DNA of 64,000 bases from Eledone cirrhosa (taxonomy: Eukaryota), in contig OZ024741.1 of the NCBI GenBank assembly GCA_964016885.1, positions 206,026,001 through 206,090,000 on the forward strand, in the 5' to 3' direction. The notes below the pieces were generated by a model. The model ran no database searches. It saw only the letters and a program-made list of their open reading frames with translations, and was not told where the DNA came from. Below, piece after piece: positions 37,522-50,146 of this stretch; position 1 is the stretch's first letter, and every line of letters begins with the position of its first letter. Both the position numbers and the translations under genes were made by a program.

Positions 37522-37579
37522 TTCATTCTGACGACTGAAAGCAGATTTATCTGCTTTCAAGAAACCACTGGTAAATGAA
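37522..37579 (+). ncRNA. type I hammerhead ribozyme (family B)
   Basis: TTCATT CTGACGA C TGAAAGCAGA-TTTA-TCTGCTTTCA A GAAA CC-ACT-GG TA|AATGAA: 6-bp stem I, 10-bp stem II and a GUA cleavage triplet. Confidence 0.85.
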
Positions 37580-38207
37580 CTAATTATCTTATGGTGTTTA
37601 TTACATAACTATATATATATATATATATATATATCTATATATATATTAGAAAGTGAGGTTTTTTTTACAAAAGGAAAAAAAACGAGGTGTCCTTCACGAG
37701 TGAAGGTTTATGGTTTTTTTCGAAAAACCACAAACTTTCCATCTCAATTCTACTTTTGAAAAGCACAAGAACTGCGAAACCGGTAAAGGAACCAAACAAG
37801 TATATTTTTTTAAAAGACTCCAGTTGCATTTTCGATTTCATCTTTTTTCCTTATATATATATAAGAAATTAAAAGATGGTTAAAAAGTTCCATATATTTT
37901 ATTATATACTCCAGTTCTATCAACTGTTGAGAGCTACTTATCTTATATATGTATATATATATATAAGAAATTAAAAGATGGTTAAAAAAGTTCCATGTAT
38001 TTTATTATGCGCATTTCAAAAACAAATATCATCCAGGGACGATATTTGCGTTCTCAACAGATAAAATAGGGAGACATGATATGAAGCTTAAAAAAACACT
38101 TGTGAGCAAGGTAGTGTCTAAACAACATATGATAAATAAATTTAAAGGGTATAGGAGATTGGAAAAAAGGAAAGGAAGGGGAGAAAAGTAAGGAAGAGAA
38201 AGAAAGG

Positions 38208-38324
38208 AAAAAAGAAAAAAAGAAAAAAAGAAAAAAAGAAAAAAAGAAAAAAAGAAAAAAAGAAAAAAAGAAAAAAAGAAAAAAAGAAAAAAAGAAAAAA
38301 AGAAAAAAAGAAAAAAGAAAAAAG
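38208..38324. repeat. (GAAAAAAA)n octamer array
   Basis: Directly visible. Confidence 0.9.
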
Positions 38325-39387
38325 AAGGAAAGGATAACGGAGGAAGAGTATAATAAGGAGGAAGGAGAGAGAAAGATAGAGGAGAGTAAGAGAGAGAGAT
38401 AAACATTTAAACTGAGAAACGCTGTCTCCACAGAGAAATAACTGAAAAAACGGTTGTAAATTTATAAATGAATTAAATAAATTAATAAGATTTTAAATTT
38501 AAAAGTTAATGAGGCTTATGGATGATGATGCCTATGATTACAGATATAGAAATTAAGTATACTATTTATTTAGGGTTTAAATAGTGAAGGATTTATTAAT
38601 AAGTGCAAAAAATTATTAAAAAAAGTATAATTAAGATAAAATAAAGTGAAATAAGATAAGGTGAATGAAAATAAAATTAAATGATTTATAAGCTTAGAAG
38701 ACGATATAGGGTCCTAGTTTGTTTCAATAGATTGTAATAGAAAAAGTAATTATTTAAGTTAATACAAGCATGGAAAGAGAGAAAAACGAAAAAATACGAG
38801 GAAGAAAAAATATTACGTCAAAAATTTGTTTACAAAATTCACCTAATGCTAATATTAATAGATTTGACGTAAAAAATTGGGAAATATAGCTACTTAAAAA
38901 GTAATGTTGAGAAAAAAAAAATGATATAAGGATGAACTATTTAAAAGAAAAATTTTGTATCGCCAAGAAGATAAAGGAATTTGCTATAGTGAATTAAAAG
39001 GTTAAAATATTACAAAAAATTATTAAAAGAAATTAAAAAATTAAACAATTAGGGGACCAAAAATGTTATAGTATGAATGAACTTTGTAGAATGCACTGAA
39101 ATATGGTGTGTAAAAGAAATATATTTGTGTGAGAAAAAGGTTTTAATCTTAATTATGGAGTAAGATATTAGCTGTATACTTTGTGAAATGACCTAAGCGA
39201 TTTATGGATGCAAAGCGAAAATAAATCCGTGCGTCTATTTATTATAGAGTTAAAATTAGAGATAATGGTAAATTTTTCCGCTAAGCATAAATTACAAGTT
39301 CTGAATAGGGGAGCATTGAAATAAGGAGAAGCGTTGCAAATTTTTCTCTACATTATATACATATATATATGTATATATATATATATC

Positions 39388-41470
39388 CTTCTTCTGCTTT
39401 TTCCAACACTCCATCCATTTCACCACCTCTGGACATCTCCGTCGCTATCGACACCTCCCACCGCTCCTTCGCCACCTCCACCTTCTTCAAACCCTGACGT
39501 TGCCTGGCGGATCGGTTCACGGAGCACCTCCGAGACATTCGTCTCGGTGGGAATTCCCTTATCGCCCGCCACTTTGGTTCCGCTGGACCTCCGCCAGCAA
39601 CCTCACCGTCAATGGCCTGATTAAATGCCACGGGACCTCGAAATCAACTTAGAGCCGAACAAAACACCATCTTCACCCTACAGACCCACACCCCCGGCCT
39701 GAAATCCCCACCCCTTAGTTCTTTAGCTTTCGACCGTTCCCCTCCCTCTCTCCTACACCCCCTACTAACACCACTAAAATACTCCCAAGATTCACAGTCC
39801 CCCCCCACTTCCAGCTACCGCACCTCATTGGTTCACCCCATCAATAATATAACTTACAACTCCCACCCCTCCCCTATCACACATGCAACCACACCCTCAA
39901 CACGCACACGCACCAGTATATATATACACTCACTCACACTATTCACACACCCTACTACCACCACTAACCCACACCCACTACATCCACATTCGACCACCCA
40001 CCACTACAATACTAAACACTCCAACCCATCTTCCTCCTCACAACGCACACACGAACACACGCCAGCATATACACCGATACACAACCTACTCCACAAACAC
40101 ACTACCACCACTAACCTCCCACCCACACACCCTTATTCGACTCCCCTACCACTAATAATACTAAACCCCACCCTACCACACACACGCACTCACACCCAAA
40201 CACACACTAGTATATTACACTCACTCATACAGCACCCAGCACATTCTCTCTCCATCCGTACTACCAACACCCCCACATTCATTCTACTAACCCCTCCTCT
40301 AATATACATCCCCCCTACACACACCGCCACCCTCTCCCTCAACTGTTCACACAGACTCACCTCCTCTCCTGTCCAACGCACTTCAGCACACACATACACA
40401 CATTCTACACACCCATACAGGCCACGCCCGCCAACTAACACGACCGTTCCTTACCCTCTTGATTGCTATCTCCTCTCTCTCTCGCATTCTTCGCCCTGCC
40501 TTCTCCACCCCCTGCATTGACCTTCTTGACCACTTCCTGTTGCACGCCCCACAACTTCTGCTTCCTCCTCACTTATTCCACGGATCCTACATCGCTGGTC
40601 ACACTCTTTGGATATCCACCTTTTAATACCCGTATTTTCACCATCTGTCCACACACTCACCGGGTAAACATTCAGGAACACACACACACAAACACTTATA
40701 CCATTTTCGCATACACACAACCATACATTCCCACGTATCCACACCACACAAAAACACACACACACGTGCTTATCCTCACATACACCTACTCTGCCTCCTG
40801 ACTCCGTACGCTCCCTCTCTCCCACCGCTTCCGACCCCTCTCCATCCACACGCACACACACGTACACTTACACCCCACCCCCCACACACACACTGGTTTT
40901 CCTAATACACGAGCATGGAACCTCGTTCTACCCCAAACTCACACTCACATCCACGCATATACACACACACGTACACCTACACACATACACACACACCCCT
41001 TCCGCCCTCCCCGCTTGGACCCCCAACTTCCTTCTCCCTTTCCCCTCCCCATCCATCCACTCACCACCACCTCTAAACGCCTCACACCCTTTCGCCACTT
41101 GTTTTCATTTTAATTTGTTTTCCTTCTTTTTAATTTTTTTCCTTCATTTTAATTTTTTTCCTTTTATTTTAGTGTCTTTCCACCACTCCCCCCTCACACC
41201 CTCTCGGAACTCTTTTCCTTCCCACCTTTCCCCTGATGAAGGGCTTATGCCCGAAATGTCGTCCCCCACCCCCAGTCTCAAGCGTGACCCTACCAACACT
41301 TCGTACTGCACTCCTTGTTTTTGTTTTGCTCTTTGCCCTTATATATATAGGAAAATGTTCAAGCACCCGACGGTAGAGCTCAAGCCTTTGTTTACTTTGG
41401 GGGAAAGTTAAAAAAAAATCTTGGTTAACTTTCTGGAGAACTTTCTCGCATTCGTCGGTGCCGATTGTCA
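39388..41470 (+). mobile_element. internally deleted non-autonomous PLE
   Basis: RT end (LDISVAID..FATSTFFKP) is joined to GIY-YIG pieces (LADRFTEHLRDIR..IARHF; RAEQNTIFTLQTHTPGL). A long CA-rich 3' region and a hammerhead-like core follow. Confidence 0.72.
41233..41263 (+). ncRNA. hammerhead-like core
   Basis: CTGATGA A GGGC-TTAT-GCCC GAAA TGTCGTC. No adjacent stem I partner is evident. Confidence 0.55.
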
Positions 41471-42476
41471 AACTGATATCAAGTTATATTGTGTTGGTGT
41501 ATATATAAAGGATTTGGGTGTGGTGTTACATACACACACACACGCGCGCGCACCCCCCACACATATACCTGGTTGCTGAAAATTTCATTGCTTAAAGGTA
41601 TCGCGAAAGGGTATAGTTGTTACCTTTACAGGGGAGGTAGGACCGCTGCAATAATTGTGTGAATCTGGGAGGGGTATATGTTGAATAAAATCATAACTGA
41701 TCCGCCAGTATTTTCTTTTACCTAAAGCCAGGAATTGTCCAGCACGCCGTTATACATAGATCTTTATATACATATAGAAATACACAGACATAGACACTTA
41801 AATACTAATATTTATAGGAGAGACTATTTCTCTACTGTAGTTTATTATATGTATTGGTGGATAGTTAATGTCTTTATTGAAGCATCTGTGTATCAATATA
41901 GATTAATCAATTATTCACAGAATGCTGAAGAAGACGTTGTTACATTCAGAACTAACCATAAAAGCTCCATGGATGTTGGAATTTAATCTGTTATTATAAA
42001 TCAATATGTTTCTATATCAATTTCTCAATTTTTCACCTTCCATTTCCTTCTCGATATTACAGTTAGAGATATTTAATTTCATGAAACCGCTATTGTTGAT
42101 GTCGTCGAATAAAATTATGTTGCGTTTATTGTGCATAAGATAAACTATCAGGTTGATTAGTAACGCTTCCACCATATAATTGGAACCGTCATTTTCTGAG
42201 AGAATGTATATGCTTCTCTAAGCTTATGATAATGTTTCTCTATTATACGATATATTATCATTGTTTTACAATATATAGGACCCGTGGCGCTGGAATATAA
42301 GCCGCTTAAAATTTTATCCTATTCTCTAGTAATGCTTCAATTGCTACGACTTAAAAAACATGATTTATGATCATTTTTAAAGGCATTAAGACAAACTTTA
42401 TGTTTCTTCACAAGTAATTTTGCAAGCACTTAAATACCACATATTCTGCCTGAGTCAAACATAATCAGCATCACCC

Positions 42477-42516
<40 letters not shown>

Positions 42517-42724
42517 CTTCTTCTTCTTCTTCTTCTTCTTCTTCTTCTTCTTCTTCTTCTTCTTCTTCTTCTTCTTCTTCTTCTTCTTCTTCTTCTTCTT
42601 CTTCTTCTTCTTCTTCTTCTTCTTCTTCTTCTTCTTCTTCTTCTTCTTCTTCTTCTTCTTCTTCTTCTTCTTCTTCTTCTTCTTCTTCTTCTTCTTCTTC
42701 TTCTTCTTCTTCTTCTTCTTCTTC
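42477..42724. repeat. (ATG)n + (TTC)n microsatellite
   Basis: Directly visible. Confidence 0.95.
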
Positions 42725-43636
42725 TATTCAACTTGCTACAGTATTTGCCTTCCATAAAAACAAATAAACAAACAAACACAAATAAATGAGGAACTTACTG
42801 TTAAAGAGAAACGCACCAACTGTAAATTCTCATTTTTTAATATTCCACCAATGTATGGGAAATATTGTTTAATACTCTCTATCAATCCCAGATTTAAAGT
42901 TACCAAATAGGAGATTATCCTACATTCTTCTCATTCCTTTCTCATCACTGTTTGATTTTCGACCCCCACAGTATTTCATTTGAGGTCTAGATCTCGACCT
43001 GACTTTTGAAAGTAAAGTTTTATGTCACCATTCGATTAAAGAAACACAATAAGCTATAGAAATTGAGAACCAGACTAAAAGAAAACGAAAAGAAAGAACC
43101 GAGTGGAGTTCCTTTCAAAAGTTTATCTCATTACAACGTTTATTGATTACCTATATATTATCGAAGACTGGACGAGTTACGTATGAAGATTGCGTCGTTC
43201 TAGAAGTTCGCATTGCAAACAAATGGTTCATAGTTAGATTCCATTGCAGGGTACTGTAGCATACACTCGAGTTGAAAGGTGATAAACAACTTAACAGACG
43301 ATGAGTGTGGGGCAAGACAGTCACCACACACACACACATACATATTATATATTATATATGTGTACATACACACATACATATGTGTGCGCGTTAGTATGTA
43401 TGTAATGATGGTTTTCTGAAGAGGAACTGAGAAAGCCCATAGTTAAAGAAGGTAGTCTTTAGCAAAAGGTATATAAATGTATTTCATATAGCAATGACTT
43501 ATCTGTTTCAAACATTTGAATTCATCAGGCCTGATAATGTTAAACGAATTAAACTGTTCTAGACCTGTAGAATTTATTTCTCTGTCCCTCTTTCTCTCTT
43601 TTCCCTCTCACATACATACATATACATGTATATATA

Positions 43637-43721
<85 letters not shown>

Positions 43722-43824
43722 AGGTTTACATATATATATATATATAAAGTCATAGATATATATGTGTTTTGCAACGGGTCACTTTCAGGCTCAATGAAGA
43801 ATTAATAAATTAAATAATCAGAGC

Positions 43825-44369
43825 TATATATTATAAAACATGTCTATAGAATCGCTAGATAAAATATATACCGTTTCCTCTCCCAATTAGCATAATTAAC
43901 CAGATAAAAATCAATTAGACCAAGCTATAAGAATAAAGGCTCCTATGAAGAAATCTCCGACAAATAACCGAAAGCAGCCCCCTCGCGGTAGTTACGACGG
44001 AGTATTTATCGAATATTTTGGCAGCATGTATAAATCGACCAGATATACAGTCAACTAAACAGAATTAAGTGTAAAATGAACTAGAAGAAAAATGTACATA
44101 TTTAATTACCTCTACCATGGTTTCGTCCGCATTTTAAGACATCCGATAACATAGGATATCTAGAGCTTCGGATTCATCAGGAAGTTAGCTCCAATTTAGA
44201 CAATTAATTTTCCAAAGTGATCGCGCCAAGAATACATTAAAAAATGGCTAAGAATCCTAGGAGCCTTTATTCTTATAGCTTGGTCTAATTGATTTTTATC
44301 TGGTTAATTATGCTAATTGGGAGAGGAAACGGTATATATTTTATCTAGTGATTCTATAGACATGTTTTA

Positions 44370-44378
<9 letters not shown>
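43825..44378. mobile_element. fold-back cassette (arms of about 120 bp) with a hammerhead in the spacer
   Basis: 43825-43945 is the reverse complement of 44258-44378, and the right end runs into (TA)n. Confidence 0.8.
44108..44185 (-). ncRNA. type I hammerhead ribozyme (family C)
   Basis: ACUUC CUGAUGA A UCCG..CGGA C GAAA CCAUGG UA|GAGGU. Confidence 0.78.
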
Positions 44379-44449
<71 letters not shown>

Positions 44450-44648
44450 TTATTCAGGTTTGAAGGTTCACCACTGGATAGAGCTGGTCAATTCCGTATG
44501 GTCAATCTTAATGTAATAATATGGAGAGTGCTCAACGTAAAGCAGTTCAACCGTCTTCGTTTTTGTAGTTGGTGGTGCTAGTACGGAGTTAAATATTATA
44601 ATAAAATGACAGGAGGCTGGACTTGTGTAAATCCTTGAAAGGTTTATT

Positions 44649-44706
44649 ATACTATGATCATTTCAATGACCGGGTTCCGTATGAATCCGGTGATATCATC
44701 AGGTAT
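44649..44706 (-). ncRNA. type I hammerhead ribozyme (family D)
   Basis: AUAC CUGAUGA [..ACCGG..CCGGU..] GAAA UGAUCA UA|GUAU. Confidence 0.75.
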
Positions 44707-45494
44707 TCGAAATATAATAAATGAATGTAATAGATAAAATACATGGGGTTGAAAATCATAGACCGGAGGACGACCGACCATCTAGCATCCTCCACTTTAG
44801 CCGGTCGCCCTCAAGTATTCGGTCTACTTGAGGCTATCTGGTGAGGGGGCCAAAGCTTATAGTGTGCTACTAACCTCCCGGTCAAATAGAAGAAAAACAG
44901 AAAGGAAGAGGTAGATAAGTCAACGTTAATATCATGCTACAAGAAAAAAGACAGAAAGAAAGAGGAAGAAAAGGAAGAAGAAGAAAAGTCAGCGTTAATG
45001 TCAAGCTACAAGAAGAAAGACAGAAAGAAAGAGGAAGAAAAGTCCGTACTGATGTCAGGCCAGGAATGCCGCGAAAAAATTTATTCTAAAGGACCCGTAT
45101 CTTAACAGAGGTAAATATAGTGGGGGTCTGCATGTTATAATGTGTGAGCAGAAGATTGGAACGTTAAATTTTTGTTTAGATTTATAGGATGAAGTTATAA
45201 AAATTTAAGATTAACATTATAAAATTAAAACAATTAGAAAATTGAAAATTAAACGGTTTAAAATTTTTAAGGTTTTGGGTTGCGAGGTTTAGGTAAAGAA
45301 AGAGTTTTTTATGAAGAAACTTTAATTGTATTATAGAGTAAATATTATGTCCTTGTTTAGCATTCAAACAGCATGCGGCGACTGCAAACTCCGGCCAGCC
45401 CATCCTAACCGCGTGTCAGCCATTCCGAGTGAGATCGCTTAGCGAAAGATATGGAAATGGATTTTATCTATTACATTCATTTATTATATTTCGA

Positions 45495-45552
45495 ATAGCT
45501 GATGATATCACCGGATTCATACGGAACCTGGTCATTGAAATGATCATAGTAT
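45495..45552 (+). ncRNA. hammerhead (family D) with the stem I closing pair mutated
   Basis: ATAG CTGATGA ... GAAA TGATCA TA GTAT. Confidence 0.65.
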
Positions 45553-45598
45553 AATAAACCTTTCAAGGATTTACACAAGTCCAGCCTCCTGTCATTTT

Positions 45599-45637
<39 letters not shown>

Positions 45638-45772
45638 GTTTAACAAGGTTCAATGAATTCATCAATGAATAAAGTTTCACAATAGATTATAAACACTCTA
45701 CAGTAGGTTTTCTGGAGTTATTAATATTACTTCAAAATATTAATAAATATAAACATTCATGTGATGAAATAT

Positions 45773-45836
45773 ATTTTATTATACATATTTCAGAGATACT
45801 GAGCTATTTCAATAGTACGTCCTCATCAGATAAAAT
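45773..45836 (-). ncRNA. type I hammerhead ribozyme (family A-related)
   Basis: AUUUUAU CUGAUGA GGACGUACU..AGUAUCUCU GAAA UAUGUAUA|AUAAAAU, with a perfect 7-bp stem I. Confidence 0.78.
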
Positions 45837-48051
45837 AAGTTGATGCTTGACATACCTTGACTATGACAAAACTCGATATTTATATACCTTAAGTCGAAAC
45901 ATGAAAAATTACATATAATACAGAGGGTGCGTATGAGAATGTGTAAAAAGATATATAAATAATTAATAATATATAATACATAAACTTCTATAACTGTAAA
46001 CATTTAAATAATAATAATATATTCATACCTCTTTATTGTTGATAGTGTAAGTGATAGATCAAGATAGCAAATCATGAGGAAAGAGAGAAAAAAAGAAAAA
46101 AGAGAAAAAAGAAAAGGAAAGAGATTTGATCGTAGGAACAAGCGAAGGGAGAAATGATCAAATGATAGAGAGAGGAAAATAAGTTAAATCGTGTACTCAA
46201 TGGGAGGGAGATATGTATTGTAACATGTATAATTATATAGGGGGAAAGAATAATGCGTGACCGTTTATTTTCAAATCTTAAGTTAATTGAAAATAGATAA
46301 TTAATCAAATGACCTAAGATTTTAGACTATAAAATTTTAAAGAATTTATATTGTTGTATTATATCTGAGTTCAAGCAAATGTAACGTGAAAAAGATACAT
46401 TTATGTCCATCATAACTCCAAATGTATTCACAAGTATATTTAAAAGTATATTAAAATCAAGAATATAATCAATATATAAGTAAAAAAAACCCTTAAAATT
46501 AAAATGTTATTAATAAGTCATAAGGCATTATAAATGTATCTAATAAAATATTATTAAAGCAGATGTATCTAGATATACACATTTACATAATTTATATATA
46601 GACTATAAATTTTAAGGTTTAAGACGATATTATGTAGTATAATTTCTGTTGAGAGTGTTATAAACTTAATTCAACTAGATTTTACTGTATTTAAAATTTT
46701 ACATCAATTTAAGTATACAAAAAAATGTATCAACTTGGATCTATGGAGACTTTTATACTATAAATGTATAATCATATCCTCATGAATCGTAAATAACCTT
46801 TCAAAGTAATTAAACGGTTTACCAGCCTGAATACATTAAAGGTATCAAATATATCAGATATAAGATTTAGAAAATACACAAACCAAAATTAAATGTATTT
46901 AAACAATGTAAAGGTCATACGTACTCAACAAGAGATCAGGTTAACACTTTCAATGTTAAGGTCGAAACCCTTAATCTAATATTAATAATAGTACAAATAA
47001 TAAAAGCATTACAAGAATTTTTAATCTGAGACAATATTGTTTCACACTCAGAGTTATTAATAAACGTCTACATCATTTCACATTTATTCAATGTTTTTTC
47101 CTGATTTTTTGTGAAGCTTGGAATGTCGATGTAACTTTGTGCAAGCAATTTGAGAATAATTCACTTTTTTTGTTAATTAACTTATCATGATTAGTAATTA
47201 TTAATAGGGTCTCCATATCACAAAGATTGCAGTTAGGTGATACGGATGAATTAATGTAGACTTGGCTATTACAGAGTTTTGACCAAAATATTGAGTACTC
47301 TAAATTTTTGTCTTTCAAGGATCATATTAATTGTGATAAAGAAGTGGAGAATTTCTTATCCGGATTCGAAAAAGAGTGCTTGTGATTCGAATATCTTAAT
47401 TTAAAGCTCGATGAGGTTGCTCCTATATAGTTGTAGGTGATGTTATTTTCTTTAACGATACATTTATAAACTAGGTTCTTATGAAGACAATTATTTTGCA
47501 GAGGGCAATTCGATCTATTTCTACAGTTACATTTCGATTTACTGTTATTATTATAATTTAAACTGTACACGTTATCATTGCTAATAGTTGGAGGTGATCT
47601 GTTGTGAGTGCTTAGGTTAATGTTATTGTTATTCACAGTATCAATATTATTGCTAATGTTAATATTGCCATTATCCCTAATTGTTTGTTGGTTATGATTA
47701 AGAATTCTACTATTTATTTTTGCAATGTTCTGTGCCATGTTCATAGTTGTTGAGTATGATAGCTTAATTGTATGTCTATTGAATATAGAATGGTATTTAT
47801 GTGTGCTGGGAAAGCATTTATCTAAAGCCTTAAAGAATAAATATGCCAGGGGTGTTTTGATAGCTAAAGATGCGGGAGGTGCATACCAAATCATTGCTTT
47901 GGTTCTGATTTTTTTCCGAGAATTATTCTTATTTATATTAAAATAATTTTTAGAGTCCGCTTTATTTATGGTATTCATATTTTTACATAATTTATAAATC
48001 GAATTAGTATTATCTAGATATTCAATATTATTTTTATATCCTGCTTGGGTG

Positions 48052-48262
48052 GTGTATTGGCAGTATCAGTAGAGGGCGGTGGATTGGCAGTATCAGTAGA
48101 GGGTCGGACGCCATGCTTTCCAGCATAGTTACGTCCCTTTACGATCTGAGTTCAAATCCCGCCGAGGTTGACTTTGCCTTTCATCCTTACGGGGTCGATA
48201 AAATAAAGTACCAGTAATGCACTGGGTAATTGCTGGACTTGTGCCTAAAGTAGAAACAATTA
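48052..48262 (+). mobile_element. SINE inserted into the PLE ORF
   Basis: Full A/B boxes and core. The PLE sequence ATTATTTTTATATCCTGCTT occurs on both sides (48026-48046 and 48259-48278), consistent with a target-site duplication. Confidence 0.85.
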
Positions 48263-48564
48263 TTTTTATATCCTGCTTTATGTAATGCCTCATTATAATA
48301 TCCAGCTTTTTCATCAAAAATGGATTTATTAGCAGATAATCTAGTTAAGCGTTTTTGAACACTATTGACTATTGCATTTTTCACGGATTTAGGGTGATTT
48401 GAGTAATAGTTAACATAATTTAACCTAAATTATGTTTGTAATAATAATTTAACCTAAATTTAACCATAATTTAACCTAAATTATGTTTGTAATAATATCC
48501 AAGGAAAATTCAACTGATAAGGTATGTTCCTTGGCTATGTCAAAATTTATAAAACACACTTTAT

Positions 48565-48624
48565 ATTTTATCTGATGAAAGCGTACCAAAGTTTTTAGTA
48601 CCCTTGAAATATGTATAATAGAAT
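48565..48624 (+). ncRNA. type I hammerhead ribozyme (family A)
   Basis: ATTTTAT CTGATGA AAGCGTAC..GTACCCTT GAAA TATGTATA ATAGAAT. Confidence 0.72.
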
Positions 48625-48667
48625 AAATATGGTTTTATAAATATAGTTTCCATTTATTTAATATTGT

Positions 48668-50146
48668 ATATATATATATAAAGCTGAGGATGTGTGTGTT
48701 AAGGTTTGTAACGTCTGCACGTCCACAATTTCCAACGGATTCTATTCAAAGTGGGGACAATTATTGCTTTTGGTCAGAAAAAGGTTATGAAGCAAAGAAA
48801 TTTAAAATCCATCAACAATAAGGGCAAAAATCGATCATGATCATCCCCCTCTCTATAATTTAACTGCTTTACTCTCTCTGTCGCTCTTCACTCCCTATAT
48901 GGCAACACTGCAGTGGAGCGTTCCGTATTGACATACGGCTTATCTGGGGCATTTTCAATCGGCTTATTGCAAATAACAACCCGCAAAATAACACTTCATA
49001 TAACAGATTAATGCTATAGACATATGAATCGGAATGTTTAAATTATTTATTTTTTACGACTTTAATTGGTTAAATATTAATATGACAACACCCATAGTGT
49101 TGTAATTCTGGCAATTCTGCCGAATACACTGATTAGGTGAGTATGCGTTAATGTTTTTTTCTTTTCATATAAAGTCAAATATTTCCATCCAAACACTACC
49201 AGTTGGTAGATAATTAGTCATACCTACCCCCAATTTTGTTTGAATATTGCATCTTCATTTACTTTTTTTTCGTTGCCATTTCATCTTCCATTCAATTGTG
49301 TTTATCATTTAGTTTCGAATTTCATAAGGTTTTTGTTTAACATTTTCAGATATAATGCCTCCAAAAGAGATGCTCACTTGGTCGTAAAACGATGTCTGCA
49401 GCTAAACAGAAAAGAAAACGGTTGAATGAGTCGCAGGAGGAAACTGAACTGCGATTGTCACAAAGTGCTTTACGTTCAGGAAATAGAAGAGCTCCTGAAA
49501 CCGACGACCAGCGTAGAGAGCGTCTAGCCAGCAATACATCTTACTATACTTCGTCGGGTGCTAAGCTTAGTGATTTAGACCGTTCTATACGTAATTCCTG
49601 GAATGCTCTGGCTACTGTCGCTGCTAGAGCCGAAGAATCACACAACGATCGCAGTATTTCTATTATTCCTAACGGCGAGAAAAGTAAATATGTTGACAAA
49701 GACATACTACTCGGTCTTCAACGCATGCTTCATGAAAACAACAGCTACGTCCATAGCTTCAAATATGCCTTGGAATCAACACCTGTACCCAACTTCAACA
49801 TCGTTATTGATGCTGACAAAAGGCCACCTGGGGAGCATGCTCGCCGCTATAACGCCCCCGCATGCAATGAAGTAGCCGTTGTTCTTCATGGAGATCAGCA
49901 TAAAAAAAGGGACATTGTCATTAAAAGTCGTGACGATACGCTGCAGAGGATTTGTGAAACGCATCGGTCATACGACAGCCTACAATATCCACTGCTTTTT
50001 GTTTATGGGGAAGACGGATACCATTTCGGCATTCCTCAAAGCAAGTCAAACAATTCTGACGGGACGTCAAACAATCCTGACGAGACGTTAAACAATCCTG
50101 ACGAGACGTCAAACAATCCTGACGAGACGTCAAATAAAAGCGTATC
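48668..50146 (+). mobile_element. Helitron 5' fragment (Rep N-terminal region)
   Basis: ORF 49392-50150 contains LQRMLHENNSYVHSFK, PGEHARRYNAP..NEVAVV, RDIVI and HRSYDSLQYPLLF..GEDGYH, typical of Helitron Rep/helicase proteins. It is truncated by a fold-back cassette. Confidence 0.85.
50046..50134 (+). repeat. 21-bp tandem repeat, 4.2 copies
   Basis: TCAAACAATCCTGACGAGACG units encoding SNNPDET. Confidence 0.9.

Larger units (their letters stand above)
37328..37611. mobile_element. palindromic cassette of about 284 bp with two hammerheads
   Basis: Arms of about 140 bp centred near 37470, inside (TA)n. Confidence 0.85.
44601..45600. mobile_element. 1-kb non-coding cassette with terminal inverted repeats of about 140 bp, each carrying a hammerhead
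   Basis: 44601-44740 is the reverse complement of 45461-45600, with (TA)n at the right end. Confidence 0.85.
45632..48670 (-). mobile_element. degenerate 5'-truncated PLE with a 3' pLTR and an inverted pLTR at its 5' end
   Basis: ORFs 48187-48384, 47322-47978 (IWYAPP, CNCRNRSNCPL, LVYKC, YIGATSSSFKLRYSNH) and 47088-47318 (CNLC..E..LINKKSE). Confidence 0.85.

Noticed and set aside
43405-43535. CTGAAGA (plus) and CTGATGA..GAAA (minus) hammerhead-like words
   Set aside because: Stems I and II do not pair convincingly.
50046-50134. Repeated CTGACGAGAC resembling hammerhead cores, or a CRISPR-like array
   Set aside because: It is a head-to-tail 21-mer with no spacers and no GAAA/stem III partner, i.e. 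a coding minisatellite within the Helitron ORF.
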